Shown here: piece after piece, positions 55,044 through 63,887 of the stretch
Layout of the letters: every line of letters begins with the position of its first letter
Position numbering within the stretch: position 1 is the stretch's first letter
Virus record (IMG/VR): IMGVR_UViG_3300031419_000010
Span: 1 to 64,000 of that record
Source of the DNA: a virus
Reading direction: 5' to 3' (one strand)
Length of the DNA stretch: 64,000 nucleotides
The notes under the pieces: model-generated
Seen by the model: the letters and a program-made list of their open reading frames with translations, nothing else
Database searches by the model: none
Told to the model about the DNA's origin: nothing
Translations under genes and position numbers: made by a program

Positions 55044-55583
55044 TTAAGGCTTTACCGCCGATACAAATTCAGGCGGTACAAAGTCAGTCAGCCAGACGCC
55101 GTTAGTTGTTTTCTGCAACTTGTGTCCGGCGTCGTGCATTTCTTTGGCCTTCACATAAAGAACACGGCACATTGCTTTACGTCGCGCCCCGACATTTTCA
55201 GCAGTAACCCAATCGAACGTCAGATGAACTTTGGTGCGCTGCATTGGTTTGATGCCTTCATTCAAAATCGTGTTGACGTTCTGAATTGCTGTTCCGTGAT
55301 AAAGAATTTCAGGCGGCACATGATCGCCATGATCAATTTTCACGCTTTCGAGTGAGTGACCTTGAATGCAACGAATCTTTTTCTTGTCCGGTGAAAATTC
55401 GAAGCGACCTTTTTCGTCATTGGTGACAACAGAAATAAGCTGATCCATATCCACCAGCTTATCGCATTTGTTCACCAAATCTTTTGCGTCAACCCAACCT
55501 TGATCATCCATAACCAAACCAATCTGGCCCGGATTATGTCGCAGGAAAAAAGTTAACGTTACGCCAATACTTCTGCCTCTCAT
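55044..55583 (-). CDS. kptA: RNA 2'-phosphotransferase (Tpt1/KptA)
   Basis: LRH, DDQGWV, KGRF, IRCIQGHS, LYHGT, R..VHL, NGVWL. Confidence 0.93.
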   Translation of the reverse strand: MRGRSIGVTLTFFLRHNPGQIGLVMDDQGWVDAKDLVNKCDKLVDMDQLISVVTNDEKGRFEFSPDKKKIRCIQGHSLESVKIDHGDHVPPEILYHGTAIQNVNTILNEGIKPMQRTKVHLTFDWVTAENVGARRKAMCRVLYVKAKEMHDAGHKLQKTTNGVWLTDFVPPEFVSAVKP

Positions 55584-55587
55584 TTTA

Positions 55588-56247
55588 TTACCTTCTACTT
55601 TTACGTGGGAAAAGAGACATGAATGCAGGATTCGCTTTGCCTGATTTAATCTCTTCAATGTTTTTCATTGTATCTTGCATCAAATCTGCCATCGTTTGAT
55701 TTGAGATACCAAGATCATTCGGTGTAAGAATACCGAAAGGCGTAGCGTCCAAAAGAAACTGCATTCCCATCAAACTGTCATGGATACGCGTTACTTCTTT
55801 TCCTTTCTCTACATCACCGTTAAATGCGAATCGAGAAAAGATATGGCGCATTTTGTACGTGTGTATTAGCTGAATATGTGCGCTGTCCATTCCGCGATTA
55901 GCCATATACGACATTTGATATTGCAGACGCAGACTATCAAGAGTGATCTCAAGTTTGCGTAAACGCTGGCGGTATTCATCCAGCTTTGCCACTTCATCAG
56001 GCAGATTGGCTTCGCAAAAATCAAAGGCCACCATTTCCTTGTCGCCGCTTCCATAGCGACGGCTGGCGCGAACCTGTTTGAACGTGTGCGTGATAAAATA
56101 AATTTTGCGGCGCAGAGCGTGACACAAAGCATTTGTCGCCACACCGTGAAGCTGCAAACGTTCGCATGTTTCACCGTGGAATAAATCGTCAGTGTCTGCG
56201 CTTCGTGATTTGCGCTGGTAATGAGCGTTGGTGAAAAATCGAGACAT
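55588..56247 (-). CDS. hypothetical protein
   Basis: 219 aa. Confidence 0.7.
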   Translation of the reverse strand: MSRFFTNAHYQRKSRSADTDDLFHGETCERLQLHGVATNALCHALRRKIYFITHTFKQVRASRRYGSGDKEMVAFDFCEANLPDEVAKLDEYRQRLRKLEITLDSLRLQYQMSYMANRGMDSAHIQLIHTYKMRHIFSRFAFNGDVEKGKEVTRIHDSLMGMQFLLDATPFGILTPNDLGISNQTMADLMQDTMKNIEEIKSGKANPAFMSLFPRKSRR

Positions 56248-56993
56248 TAACTTTTCCTCGTCTTGAGTTTACGATAGACAGGTAGGATAGCATTCGCAAT
56301 TTCATCCAGCGCAGGAATGTATCCGTCTGATTTTTCTTTACAGAATGCTTCAAACATTTTGTTTGCATCAGAATCGCTAGGAATCTTTGCACGAAAAGTC
56401 AGATCCCATGCCTCACTAAATTCGTTGCGGATTCGATTCTTGAAATCAGAGCTACCCGAAAAGATTTCTGGATTTAAAAAATACTCCGGAAAATCTCTTC
56501 TCAGAATATCCAGACTCTCGCGAACGAAATCAACCAGACCCATTATTGCCACACGCGTTTCAGGCGAACCGGGAATAATGTGAATGCGCGTTGCACCGTG
56601 ACAGCTTTGAATGTGCAGATAGCCTTCTTTGTTTTCCGGATTGTATTCGGCATAAAGCGCAGACGTGTATTCCATTTCGTTAACGTCCAGCAATCTGCGT
56701 CGAGCAAAAGCTGTCTCACTGCGCAGCGCATCTTGAAAATCGCGAAGGAACAGCAACAGGTTTTGCAGCTTTTCTTCAAAGCTATTTAACACAATGCCTG
56801 GCTTGTTGTGCAGGCTGATAGCTTTGTTGCCGTGGTGAATGAGAAGTTCCGTCTGAACCGTAGGCGGGAGAGTTTCATTTTCCGGATTAAGAACTTCTTT
56901 CGCGTAAAAGCCGATAGCGCTAACAGAGCTAGATTCGGACGGATAGAGCCAGCGACGAAAGCTAACTGATTTGAAATCTTTTTTATCAGACAT
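56247..56993 (-). CDS. hypothetical protein with internal domain duplication
   Basis: FRRWL..SAI..LLIHHG..ISLH and ARRRLL..SAL..LHIQSC..TRIH. Confidence 0.7.
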   Translation of the reverse strand: MSDKKDFKSVSFRRWLYPSESSSVSAIGFYAKEVLNPENETLPPTVQTELLIHHGNKAISLHNKPGIVLNSFEEKLQNLLLFLRDFQDALRSETAFARRRLLDVNEMEYTSALYAEYNPENKEGYLHIQSCHGATRIHIIPGSPETRVAIMGLVDFVRESLDILRRDFPEYFLNPEIFSGSSDFKNRIRNEFSEAWDLTFRAKIPSDSDANKMFEAFCKEKSDGYIPALDEIANAILPVYRKLKTRKS

Positions 56994-57198
56994 TGTTATT
57001 TTTCTCACTATCCCGTTTGAAGTTGTGGCGAATCTTCTTAACCTGCACAACAATCAAAAACAAAAAGCCTGTCCAGATTGCTATATAACGCATCGTGAAT
57101 GCAGGCGGGTTATCGTCCAGTACGTCAAAAAAGAAATAGGCTGTGATAGCAAGGCAGATAGACCACAGCACTGCGATGATAAAATATTTGTTGTGCAT
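56986..57198 (-). CDS. small two-TM membrane protein
   Basis: Two hydrophobic segments and a basic tail. Confidence 0.7.
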   Translation of the reverse strand: MHNKYFIIAVLWSICLAITAYFFFDVLDDNPPAFTMRYIAIWTGFLFLIVVQVKKIRHNFKRDSEKNNNV

Positions 57199-57248
57199 AT
57201 TTATCTCCGTTTTGATTTTCGAGATCTACGTTCCAGAACTAAATTTCC

Positions 57249-57446
57249 TTAACGGCGTTTGGGTGGATTGCGCAGACGACGGCGAAGTTTCTCAAGCGGT
57301 GTCTTCGCCTTCGCAATTTTCTCGCGGCGCTTCTGGCGCATTTCAGAGATCTTCAAAATGTTTTTGAGGAACCCCGCCAGATGCGCCAAAATGCCAAACG
57401 AGGCGATAACATAAAACACTGTCTCACTCGTTTGGTGTATGTTCAT
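57249..57446 (-). CDS. small membrane-anchored basic protein
   Basis: N-terminal TM, Arg/Lys tail. Confidence 0.6.
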   Translation of the reverse strand: MNIHQTSETVFYVIASFGILAHLAGFLKNILKISEMRQKRREKIAKAKTPLEKLRRRLRNPPKRR

Positions 57447-58145
57447 TTAGATTTTACCTTCCTGATAAAGTTTAAACAGCTTTAACATTCCCACAGGCAC
57501 GGTTTCCGATTCTGTGTTCAGCATTTCCATACAGGTTAAAGGCCAGATCTCCAGAGGGCGACCGTCAGTAAAAGGTAATGACAAGACGCCTTCTAAAATG
57601 CTTTTGCGAATCTCGTTCCACGACTTGCCTTCTTCGTTTGTGTTGATTGCTTCCCAACACTCAGGAGTAAGCTGATCAAGAAACGTAGAATGAATCCGCG
57701 TGTCTTCCAGCTTAGCGTTCGGTTGCTTTCTGTGTTGCAGTAAGCGCAGGTGTTCCGGATAGTCCGTCCATTCGATCTTTATCGGAAGAAGAAAACTTTC
57801 TTCCGGTTTAGCATCGCGCACATTTTCCAGCGTTGCCAGATACGCATTGGCTGTCCGGCCAGGCAGAAGGTTTTCAGGATCAAACTGGTTATGGTTAAAG
57901 CGAACATAGCCCAAGTTGGCAACAAACTGAAACTCTTCAAAGCGAGAACGAATCACAGGAAGAATATAACTGTGATTGATAAAGCGATAGCCTTTCACTT
58001 CCGGATCGATTTTTACTGGAAGACGAAAACCTTTTTTATCTTTGGTGTTCAGTTCCATCCAGTAGATATACTGACGATGAATGATGCCGTTAATTGAAAA
58101 GTGTGCCTCGCCAAACTGTTCAGTTTTGAAATGTTCAAGACGCAT
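57447..58145 (-). CDS. hypothetical protein
   Basis: 232 aa. Confidence 0.7.
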   Translation of the reverse strand: MRLEHFKTEQFGEAHFSINGIIHRQYIYWMELNTKDKKGFRLPVKIDPEVKGYRFINHSYILPVIRSRFEEFQFVANLGYVRFNHNQFDPENLLPGRTANAYLATLENVRDAKPEESFLLPIKIEWTDYPEHLRLLQHRKQPNAKLEDTRIHSTFLDQLTPECWEAINTNEEGKSWNEIRKSILEGVLSLPFTDGRPLEIWPLTCMEMLNTESETVPVGMLKLFKLYQEGKI

Positions 58146-58813
58146 CAGTTTTCCTCCACGTCACAATCACAGGAACCGCGACCGCAATTTTCGCAGTCAG
58201 GTAAGCACTGGCAGGATTCAGAGTGGCAGTGAGAGCAAATATCTTCTTCGTCACAATCCTCTTCGCTTTCGCAGTCGCAGTCATCGCCAATCTGACCGCC
58301 GCAAGTGTCACACCACTGAGTTTCTTCTTCCTTGTACATATCTTCGTACGCGTGATCGGTGGCGTCGATGATTGCAGGACTCAGACCCGTAAAGCGCGAC
58401 ACACAATCACGCGCATAATCGAGCATCTGCTCTTTGGTGTACGCCGGATAACTATGATCCGCAAACGTCGCTTTGGGTTTAGGCAGCGACACGTAACCAG
58501 TTGGCAAAGTTTTCGCGGCTTGTTCGTCTTCCGGATCAAGGCGAACATCCAGACGGTACAAAGCAAAACTTAATGCACTACGCGCATCGCGAATAATGAT
58601 TTCAGAATCGAAAAGATTTGTGCAAACGATCACAATGTCTTTGCCGTCATTCTCACTGCACAAAGTTACAGTGCCGTTGTCGTTGTCCAGCGTGATTTGC
58701 TGAGGCTCAACTTTAACGTTAAGAGAATCGCCGTGATAAAGAACATCGCGATATGCAGCAGAATGATCGCCAGTACCCATAACCAGAGAAAGAAGGCTTC
58801 CGAAATTTGTCAT
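58145..58813 (-). CDS. paralog family B member with Cys-rich C-tail
   Basis: Three CxxC...CxC units at the C-terminus. Confidence 0.7.
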   Translation of the reverse strand: MTNFGSLLSLVMGTGDHSAAYRDVLYHGDSLNVKVEPQQITLDNDNGTVTLCSENDGKDIVIVCTNLFDSEIIIRDARSALSFALYRLDVRLDPEDEQAAKTLPTGYVSLPKPKATFADHSYPAYTKEQMLDYARDCVSRFTGLSPAIIDATDHAYEDMYKEEETQWCDTCGGQIGDDCDCESEEDCDEEDICSHCHSESCQCLPDCENCGRGSCDCDVEEN

Positions 58814-58824
58814 GATGAGTTTCC

Positions 58825-59565
58825 TTATTTGCTGATCCACGCACGAATGCGAGAAATTTTCGATGTGCTTTCGTACGCCATAACATGCAAGGCACGATCC
58901 AGAGAACCAAAGATGCCAGTTGTTTCATTCAACTTAGCTGGCAAGTCGCCTTCATATTTCAGCGCCACAGCAACAATAGCTTCCTGCTCCAGAGCCGCAA
59001 GATCTTTTATAATCTCTGAAAGCTCTTTGCTTGTGATACCAAATTCTTTGCGCAATAACGGACGCAGATAAATAGATTTTTTGTGTTGATGTACCCACGC
59101 ATGGGCGCATTCAATCAAAGGACGATCAGTTGGCTCTTTGATTTCCGGCTCAGGAATATCAAATGACTTTTCACCCGGTGTAGGAACAGTATGTGCGCCC
59201 CAGCTTTCGTCTATTGCGTTGTTTGATTGCGTGTCCTCAATGTCACGGTTGTTTGCGCAGTCCAAAACAAAATGCAGCGCGTGAGTAGCTTCGGCAAAAA
59301 CAACGTTGCGGTAAATTGGATCTTCGCATTCGTGCGCAACGGCGCGAACCATAATGTTTTTACCGTGGGAGAAAATAGAAAACGTCAGGTTCACGTCTTC
59401 GGAGAAATCAAGCACGGTAATGTTGATTGAGTTTTTATTGATTGTGGCTGAAAAACCTTCGTCAGCCAGCATTGCGCGAATGGTAACAGCGGCGATGTTG
59501 TTCGTTGATTGGCGACCAAACGCTTCAACAAAAATTGCAGCAATCAAAGTCAATTTATCGTTCAT
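58825..59565 (-). CDS. paralog family B member
   Basis: FSIFSHGKNIMV..FAEATHALHFVLDCA. Confidence 0.7.
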   Translation of the reverse strand: MNDKLTLIAAIFVEAFGRQSTNNIAAVTIRAMLADEGFSATINKNSINITVLDFSEDVNLTFSIFSHGKNIMVRAVAHECEDPIYRNVVFAEATHALHFVLDCANNRDIEDTQSNNAIDESWGAHTVPTPGEKSFDIPEPEIKEPTDRPLIECAHAWVHQHKKSIYLRPLLRKEFGITSKELSEIIKDLAALEQEAIVAVALKYEGDLPAKLNETTGIFGSLDRALHVMAYESTSKISRIRAWISK

Positions 59566-60512
59566 TACTTGATCCATCCTGTCATGCGTTTGATAAGAGA
59601 TCTTTTGTTTCGTGCGGCTAAGCGGTACGCCTGAACTTCACCAAGCAGCAGCGTTAAGACGGCAAACATATCATAGGTATCGTCTTCGATTTCGTCGCGA
59701 TCCGTATACGCCATATATGCTTCTTCAACTTCTTCTGTTTCAAGATTGCCAATATCTCCAACAACCAAAGAGAACGGACGGTTTTTTGTTTCGACACAGA
59801 GCATACTCAATGTCTCTTCAAAAAATTCATTATCCTTGTTTTGGCAATACCAAATCACCGCTTGCGCTTTGAGGCGAATGCGCATTTCGTGAGATTCGTT
59901 TTCAAACTCGCGTGAATTTATCGCAATGTGGTCAAGAGACGAGAAAGGTTCAGCCATATAAAATTCGGCGTGTTGAACCAGATCCTGAACTTCTTTAGAC
60001 AGAGGTTTTGACGAGTCACCTTCAAGAAATTCTTTTAATTCGCCAACACTGAGTTTGCGTGAAGTGTCTTCTTCATCGAAATCTTCGTTGCCATCCCACT
60101 CTTCGCTGTCATCTGACTCTTCGTAGGTTGGGTTTTCGAAACGATACCAGAGCGGTTTTAATTCACCTGTTGGTTCGATAACTTTTTCTTCCACAGCGCA
60201 AAGGACAATCCACTTAACAGCCTGCTCGATGGTTTCAAAACGAGCGGTTGCTTTGTGGTAATGATCATTGAACTCATCGGTCAAAATAACTTTCAGGTTA
60301 TTTGAATGAGGGAAAATTTCAGCTTCAATGTCGTGGTTGGAAAAGCCGCGAGTAAGTTTCGCAGAGAGTTTGCCTTGATCCGATTTGGTATAAACTTGAG
60401 CGCGAGTAAGTTTGCTGAACTCGCGAAGTGTAAGAACGATTCCGCTATCGGTGTCACGTCCAGAATGCGCTTCGACGATTTGAGAGAAGAGTTGGTTAAG
60501 TTTGCTGTTCAT
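59565..60512 (-). CDS. paralog family B member
   Basis: AEIFPHSNNLKV..FETIEQAVKWIVLCA. Confidence 0.75.
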   Translation of the reverse strand: MNSKLNQLFSQIVEAHSGRDTDSGIVLTLREFSKLTRAQVYTKSDQGKLSAKLTRGFSNHDIEAEIFPHSNNLKVILTDEFNDHYHKATARFETIEQAVKWIVLCAVEEKVIEPTGELKPLWYRFENPTYEESDDSEEWDGNEDFDEEDTSRKLSVGELKEFLEGDSSKPLSKEVQDLVQHAEFYMAEPFSSLDHIAINSREFENESHEMRIRLKAQAVIWYCQNKDNEFFEETLSMLCVETKNRPFSLVVGDIGNLETEEVEEAYMAYTDRDEIEDDTYDMFAVLTLLLGEVQAYRLAARNKRSLIKRMTGWIK

Positions 60513-60539
60513 AGCAATTCCTTAGTAAGAGAGGTTTTA

Positions 60540-60833
60540 TTACAGACGGTTTTGATGTGCGAACACACCGTTTTCTTCGTACTTGATTAAAGAGAAATGG
60601 TTATCCCAAACAGGTGAAGCGAGATCGTAAACTTCGGTAACGTCAGGAGAACCGCCAACAGCTTTTAAAAATTGTTGCGCATCAGTTTCACAGTCAAAGA
60701 AAGCAAAAACACTACGCGCCATATCCAAACGATCAGGAAGAGGAACAAACCAGAACCGACAACAGTGAGTGCTTGTTTCTTTGCGAGTCAAAGAACCGTT
60801 ATGCTTTTCGAGTGCCAGAATAGCTTGAGTCAT
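60540..60833 (-). CDS. hypothetical protein
   Basis: 97 aa. Confidence 0.65.
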   Translation of the reverse strand: MTQAILALEKHNGSLTRKETSTHCCRFWFVPLPDRLDMARSVFAFFDCETDAQQFLKAVGGSPDVTEVYDLASPVWDNHFSLIKYEENGVFAHQNRL

Positions 60834-60850
60834 TTTGTTTTCCCTAGTGC

Positions 60851-60875
60851 AAAGAAGCCGCTCATTTTGGGCGGC
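60851..60875 (-). terminator. intrinsic terminator
   Basis: GCCGCCCA-AAA-TGAGCGGC-TTCTTT. Confidence 0.6.
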
Positions 60876-60883
60876 AGAAAGTT

Positions 60884-61330
60884 TTAGCCTCTAGCGGGCT
60901 GGCCTGTATGACGTACGATGATTTCCGGATATTCGAAATCGCCGTTACGACGAGTTACGCGCTGATAGTATTGCTCACGCGGATAACCTTTCGGCGCTGC
61001 GAAGATTGCAGGCTCATCCCCAAAGTTCAGATAGGGATCGATGTATTCCTCCATATCGAGAAATTCCGACATTGGCGCACTGCCAACATAATCGAAAAGA
61101 GGAATCCACTCAGACGTGGTGCGAATGTAACGCCACTTTGTTTCGCCAAAGCCGGGAACCTTTATGAGATCCTCCAGCAGCATGTGCGAAGTCTGAACAA
61201 CCGACTCAACTTTAACGCCGTTGATGTTTGGCGCAATGAAACTCAAACTAGGTGAGTCTTTCAGATCCAGTTCATTTACGATCTGATTCAGCGTGTACAC
61301 GTTACGGCTAACAGGAAAACGTTTTTTCAT
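60884..61330 (-). CDS. hypothetical protein
   Basis: Start trimmed to MKKRF (GGAG RBS). Confidence 0.7.
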   Translation of the reverse strand: MKKRFPVSRNVYTLNQIVNELDLKDSPSLSFIAPNINGVKVESVVQTSHMLLEDLIKVPGFGETKWRYIRTTSEWIPLFDYVGSAPMSEFLDMEEYIDPYLNFGDEPAIFAAPKGYPREQYYQRVTRRNGDFEYPEIIVRHTGQPARG

Positions 61331-61416
61331 TTTTACTTTCTCCAAATGCCCGGACAAATTCCGGTGCGTAGTAGGAACATTTCAAAGGACACTCTTTCGA
61401 ATGCCCTTCACAATGT

Positions 61417-61803
61417 TTAAATCAGATCCAGCAAATCAAGAATCGGTTTTCCAACCGGAACCGGAACGATGTAGAAATCGAAACGCGGCTGAGTTTCTTC
61501 GTCGGCGTTGTAAACAACATCGTAAACGCCGTGAACATTTATGATGCGATTGTCTGCCAGCACAACGCGCATTTGTTCGATCATGTTCGCGCTGTCGCTT
61601 TCGGCTAACTTGCCTTGCGATGCAGGAAGACGATTTGAAAGCGCTTTCGGGTTTGTGGTTCCCAAAACGTTGAAACCGATGTTTACGCCAGTTGTTTTCT
61701 GTTTGATGATCGCCGCTTCCAGCAAGCGAAGCATTGCTTCATAACGTACGTGGCTGGCTGAGTTACCGAACATCTGAATAGAAGGCGCTTTAGTCTGTTG
61801 CAT
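61417..61803 (-). CDS. hypothetical protein
   Basis: 128 aa, first gene after box promoter 10. Confidence 0.7.
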   Translation of the reverse strand: MQQTKAPSIQMFGNSASHVRYEAMLRLLEAAIIKQKTTGVNIGFNVLGTTNPKALSNRLPASQGKLAESDSANMIEQMRVVLADNRIINVHGVYDVVYNADEETQPRFDFYIVPVPVGKPILDLLDLI

Positions 61804-61848
61804 GGTTTGTCTCTTTGTTGTGGTAAGCTAGGATTGGCCTACGCTTAT

Positions 61849-61905
61849 ATTTTGCCGGAAAAAGCCGTCCAAATCGAGCGGTATTTTGGACACAGATTTG
61901 TAGGG
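61849..61905 (-). promoter_or_regulatory. box promoter 10
   Basis: CCCTACAAATCTGTGTCCAAAATACCGC + TCGATT + 17 bp + CAAAAT. Confidence 0.75.
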
Positions 61906-61910
61906 TTAGC

Positions 61911-62249
61911 TTATTTCCATTTGTCGAAGCCGTTCTCATCTTGCAGAATCAAAAGAGCGGTCGATGTGTGACGATGCCCTACTAACGAATCGTGCAAATC
62001 TTCATTTGGAACTTCTTTTAAATGTTCACACGATGCGTAAAAGATTTGGGCCGAAATGTTATCATTGAAACACCAGCGGTAAGTAAAACTTTGAATACGT
62101 CCGATGCCAACACAAACCGACATTGAAAATGCAAGACGCAATAAACCGATCCAGCTTCCATCAGGAAGTTTACGAGTCTGAATAAAACCTTGACTCAAAA
62201 TAAACTGTTCAATCTCTGCATCTGTCATGCCTTCGAAACCGTCGCGCAT
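61911..62249 (-). CDS. hypothetical phage protein
   Basis: GGAGGA RBS; YRWCF motif. Confidence 0.7.
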   Translation of the reverse strand: MRDGFEGMTDAEIEQFILSQGFIQTRKLPDGSWIGLLRLAFSMSVCVGIGRIQSFTYRWCFNDNISAQIFYASCEHLKEVPNEDLHDSLVGHRHTSTALLILQDENGFDKWK

Positions 62250-62268
62250 AAAATTCCTCCTTAAACGT

Positions 62269-62298
62269 AAGAAGGGATGAACCGCGAAGCCCATCCCT
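62269..62298 (-). terminator. UUCG-loop terminator
   Basis: AGGGATGGGC-TTCG-CGGTTCATCCCT-TCTT. Confidence 0.6.
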
Positions 62299-62306
62299 GT
62301 TTTTGA

Positions 62307-62558
62307 TTATTGCTTTTTCATCTGCTCAACTACATCGCCCAAACCCATCGCTTGAAGCAGCGTTGCAGGATCATGTTGAGCAACATCCCAGCCGACACCC
62401 AAACGAATTTCTCCGCTTTCTACACGGTCAACTGTTTGCATAAAATCGGCAAACGCATTGCGATAATCAGTTTCAGATTCGTTTTCGTTTGGCATACGAA
62501 AGCCGCGTTGTTGTGCGCGACGTTTCAGGCTGTCCATATCAGGGAATGACATTGGCAT
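62307..62558 (-). CDS. hypothetical phage protein
   Basis: 83 aa. Confidence 0.7.
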   Translation of the reverse strand: MPMSFPDMDSLKRRAQQRGFRMPNENESETDYRNAFADFMQTVDRVESGEIRLGVGWDVAQHDPATLLQAMGLGDVVEQMKKQ

Positions 62559-62923
62559 TATTTTTTATCCTTGTGTTCAAGAGCGATGCGATAAGATGTG
62601 CCGTGGAAGCCAGCAGAATAAAACGTGCCGCGTTCGATAGACGCAGTTTTCCAGCCGTGCGTTAACACCAAACGCTTTTCGACTTCACGCATATCTTCAT
62701 GCGTAACCTTGCTCAGAATTTTGAAGTCCGGAACAAGGATCTGCATACCGCGTTTACCATCAGGCAGAGTTTCGTGCGTTACGCCTGCGACAACCGGGAA
62801 CCCGACGCCTGCAAGCACCGCAAACTGAACAACGCAATAAAGCGTGTCTGCTTCGCTCAGTTCAGATCTGAAATCGTGCTGCTTTAAAACAAGCTCACGA
62901 AAAACACCGCTATCAATCTGCAT
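62558..62923 (-). CDS. hypothetical protein
   Basis: Start trimmed to MQIDS. Confidence 0.65.
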   Translation of the reverse strand: MQIDSGVFRELVLKQHDFRSELSEADTLYCVVQFAVLAGVGFPVVAGVTHETLPDGKRGMQILVPDFKILSKVTHEDMREVEKRLVLTHGWKTASIERGTFYSAGFHGTSYRIALEHKDKK

Positions 62924-63296
62924 ATTCACCCTGCAAGCTGTTTGGAACCTGAACCGGCACACTACCCAAAGAAGTAGCGATGAAAGTTTTCAGAACCGCA
63001 TGAGAGATAGTTTCAGCCGAGTAGCTGAATACGCCATCCGAAGAAACAACATGCCACTTTTCATTTTTATGCTCCAGTGAAAAGTGTTTGTCTTCGATCA
63101 GATTAATAATGGAATCTGCCGAGTCTTCGCGGAAAGTAACGTAATGTACTACGCCTGTAATGATACCCTCATTAGATTCTTTGTAGCGACTTGAAATACG
63201 CGGAACGTTGTTGCGTAGGATTACCTGCGCAAGCCAGTTTGCCGACTCAACAGTAAGTTGATCAATCGACACGGTTACTGTACTTATTTTTGTCAT
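62913..63296 (-). CDS. NinX/DUF2591-like protein
   Basis: QLT..ANW..IINLIE..W..HAVLKTFIATSLG..VQVP pattern. Confidence 0.5.
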   Translation of the reverse strand: MTKISTVTVSIDQLTVESANWLAQVILRNNVPRISSRYKESNEGIITGVVHYVTFREDSADSIINLIEDKHFSLEHKNEKWHVVSSDGVFSYSAETISHAVLKTFIATSLGSVPVQVPNSLQGEYAD

Positions 63297-63303
63297 GTGC
63301 GCC

Positions 63304-63642
63304 TCATACTATATAAATGCAATGGTTGTCGTTTGTCCAAATCCACGGACGAGTCGCGTTATCGCGAACATCAACAACCTGTTTGATAAATTTTTCATCA
63401 GCAATCTGGCTGAGAGACACGCTAACAATATCCAGTTCAGTATCGTTAGTGTGAGAGTTTTCGAATTTCAGAAAGTCTTTGAACTTCTGATAATTCTCTT
63501 TTGTTTCGAGATACACAAAACCATCAGGACGCTTTGCAAGGCCGCGTTGCTTTTCCTGCATCTGACAGACGATAAACACGTTAGGAATTCCATTTGCCTC
63601 ACGTAACTCTTTCCCGGTATTCGGGCAGAAGTGCTGAGTCAT
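63304..63642 (-). CDS. hypothetical protein
   Basis: 112 aa, GGAG RBS. Confidence 0.65.
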   Translation of the reverse strand: MTQHFCPNTGKELREANGIPNVFIVCQMQEKQRGLAKRPDGFVYLETKENYQKFKDFLKFENSHTNDTELDIVSVSLSQIADEKFIKQVVDVRDNATRPWIWTNDNHCIYIV

Positions 63643-63674
63643 GATAATCTCCCATGCGGTATACGCATAAAAAT

Positions 63675-63887
63675 TTAGTATCGCCGGTACACCCGTGGAA
63701 ACGCTGCACGGGCCATGCTGTGCAACGCTGCGCTGTACGCGATGATAACAATGTTGCGAACCAAGTCGCTGAATGCTTCTTTATAAATTCCGTAGTAACA
63801 GAATATTCCATAAAGCACGTTTAGGATTAAAAACGAGTAACGTGATCTCTTTACAGTTCCGAACATGAAATGCTTTATCTTGTTCAT
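63675..63887 (-). CDS. small membrane protein
   Basis: Two hydrophobic segments. Confidence 0.65.
   Translation of the reverse strand: MNKIKHFMFGTVKRSRYSFLILNVLYGIFCYYGIYKEAFSDLVRNIVIIAYSAALHSMARAAFPRVYRRY

Noticed and set aside
49871-61393. AAAGGACACT at 49871 and 61384 as extra box copies
   Set aside because: Only the GTGTCC core matches; no TGCAAA half and no -10 at the conserved distance.
19998-61905. 28-bp repeats as a CRISPR array or mobile-element ends
   Set aside because: Irregular kilobase spacing, whole genes between copies, fixed position relative to -10 boxes, and no cas or transposase genes.
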